26,665 bases of DNA from IMG/VR virus record IMGVR_UViG_3300012665_000163, positions 1 to 26,665 of that record. One strand, 5' to 3'. Positions 25,263 through 26,665 of this stretch are shown here, piece after piece. The position numbers and the translations under genes were made by a program. Below the pieces are notes generated by a model. It was not told the DNA's origin. It was given only the letters and a program-made list of their open reading frames with translations, and ran no database searches. Numbering within the stretch: position 1 is the first letter of the stretch; each line of letters opens with the position of its first letter. The DNA is from a virus (taxonomy: Duplodnaviria > Caudoviricetes).

Positions 25263-26665
25263 ATGCAAGACATGCAACCAGATAACACAAATATGCCAGC
25301 CGATCCAGAAGGCGCAATGGCCAAAGCTGACTTATACAAGTTAGCCAATTACAGCTATAAACTATTCAAGATGATCGACGGACAGGCGCAGTTAGACGGC
25401 TGGGTGCAGGCTAAGATCACTAAAGCCGCTGATTATATTGCTTCAGTATACCACTATATGGAATACGAAATGAAGTTTAGCGAGTACGGTGAAAAGTTAG
25501 AAAACTCCGATGTATATACAGAAAGCCAGAAAGCTGAAATCCGTAACAAGCTAATGGAAGCTAAAGAAAAAGTCAAAGAGCTAAAGAAAAAGACTGCTGA
25601 CAAGATGTCTAAAAAAGACATGCCTGTAAAAGAAGAAAAATCTTCAACAGGTGGTGAGATTGATCGCTCTAAGAAAGGTGTTACTAAACACAAACAAAAT
25701 ACAGATCGTTTTACAGACGAGCCACATACAGAACCAAAGAGCCAGGCTAAATCTAAATCTGCTGCCGAAAAGAAAGGCGACCAAGCCGCTGACAAGGCAG
25801 AGGAGAAAGAAGGTAAGAATTGGGAAAAGCGTTTTGGTAAAGACTCCGTAACTCGTGTTAAAGATGGCAAGAAAGTTGACGAAGGTACTACTGAAGTTCA
25901 GTATGACAAAGACGGCAAGCGTACTGGTGTAAAGCATAAGAGTACACACAAGTATTCAGATGAGCCGCATACAGAACCAAAGAGCCAGGCTAAGTCTCGT
26001 TCAGCCGCTGAGAAAGCAGGCGACAAGGCTGCTGATAAGGCTGCTGAGAAAGAAAGCAAAGCATACGAAAAGAAACACCCTGGCACAGTAACTCGTGTTA
26101 AAGATGGTAAGAAAGTTAGCGAAGCGTTAGATGCAGTAGGCAAAGAAGATGACGATGTAGATAATGACGGTAAGAAGAATACTAAGTCTGACAAATATAT
26201 CAAAACAAAACGTGCCGCTGTAAGCAAAGCCGTAGCTAAAAAAGTTGACGAAGCTACGGATGAAAAATGCAATCATACAGCTAAGGGTAAAAAGTGCCCA
26301 GTACACGGCATGAAAGAATGCAGTGGCATGTACGAAGCTGCCAAGCCAGACTTTTTAGATATCAACAAGAACGGCAACAAAACTGAGCCAATGAAGAAAG
26401 CGGCTGCTGACAAAAAAGCAGGACCAAAGAAGGGTGTAAATCCTTTTGCAAAGAAAGACACAAAAGTTAAAGAAGCTATTACTAAAGCAAAAGCTAAAAT
26501 GGAAGGTTCCATTCAAGGCGGGGTTTGGGTAAGTAGTCCAGACAAAGGTGTTGCTCCTCCACAAGACATAGACGGTGGAAGTGCTCCTGCTCCTAAGAAA
26601 GCTAAGAGTCCATTCCCAAGTCGTAACGATCCAAAGAAGGCAGCAGATGCAGCCGCTACTAAGCC
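25263..26665 (+). CDS. Large Lys/Glu/Ala-rich modular protein, 3'-truncated by the window (absent from the ORF track)
   Basis: Manual translation is open from ATG 25263 to the window end: MQDMQPDNTNMPADPEGAMAKADLYKLANYSYKLFKMIDGQAQLDGWVQAKITKAADYIASVYHYMEYE…KKAADAAATK. Confidence 0.85.
   Translation, partial: MQDMQPDNTNMPADPEGAMAKADLYKLANYSYKLFKMIDGQAQLDGWVQAKITKAADYIASVYHYMEYEMKFSEYGEKLENSDVYTESQKAEIRNKLMEAKEKVKELKKKTADKMSKKDMPVKEEKSSTGGEIDRSKKGVTKHKQNTDRFTDEPHTEPKSQAKSKSAAEKKGDQAADKAEEKEGKNWEKRFGKDSVTRVKDGKKVDEGTTEVQYDKDGKRTGVKHKSTHKYSDEPHTEPKSQAKSRSAAEKAGDKAADKAAEKESKAYEKKHPGTVTRVKDGKKVSEALDAVGKEDDDVDNDGKKNTKSDKYIKTKRAAVSKAVAKKVDEATDEKCNHTAKGKKCPVHGMKECSGMYEAAKPDFLDINKNGNKTEPMKKAAADKKAGPKKGVNPFAKKDTKVKEAITKAKAKMEGSIQGGVWVSSPDKGVAPPQDIDGGSAPAPKKAKSPFPSRNDPKKAADAAATK
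25714..26124 (+). repeat. Intragenic duplicated module (copies at 25714-25884 and 25957-26124)
   Basis: Both copies encode DEPHTEPKSQAKS.SAAEK.GD.AADKA.EKE.K..EK….VTRVKDGKKV.E, with long identical DNA runs; offset 240-243 nt. Confidence 0.9.

Noticed and set aside
25714-26124. Direct repeats considered as a CRISPR array or a DGR template/variable repeat pair
   Set aside because: Only two long in-frame copies, with differences largely synonymous and not confined to adenines. No spacers, cas genes or reverse transcriptase in the window.
25454-26564. Several minus-strand ORFs (and one short + ORF) listed in the track over this region
   Set aside because: They are shadows of the long + strand ORF starting at 25263, which the track omitted because it has no stop inside the window.
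1-26665. Stop-codon reassignment, as seen in some large phages
   Set aside because: Genes are full length and tightly packed under code 11. TAA, TGA (ATGA overlaps) and TAG (clpA) all act as stops.

Overview
This window looks like part of a large, AT-rich tailed dsDNA phage genome. It uses the standard code and is densely coding, mostly on the + strand. A GH19 endolysin plus Rz/Rz1-type spanins point to a Gram-negative host. In order: (i) the end of a probable structural gene; (ii) an inverted QueC-like + methyltransferase-like pair; (iii) a virion/tail module (gp9/10-like, Mtd_N-like fibre, S8 subtilase, Ig-repeat protein); (iv) a replication/metabolism block (169-aa DnaE fragment, GroES, TagD-like cytidylyltransferase, clamp loader, dCMP deaminase, PhoH); (v) an extended lysis/envelope cassette; (vi) dnaJ-clpA; (vii) a block whose products share an N-terminal M-x-[LIM]-[RS]-[EDQ]-[LI]...E leader and/or internal xxE|[AG] junctions, resembling capsid-packaged, protease-processed internal proteins. 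That block includes a KxDG ligase-like protein translationally coupled to a HxGH nucleotidyltransferase, and a modular ORF missing from the ORF track (25263 to the window end). Two promoter classes are visible: sigma70-like (two of three embedded in terminator hairpins) and a recurrent (G)ATAAATA late-type motif. The phoH leader can form mutually exclusive stems. No tRNA, rRNA, CRISPR array or mobile element was recognised. All family assignments come from motif recognition by eye, without database searches.
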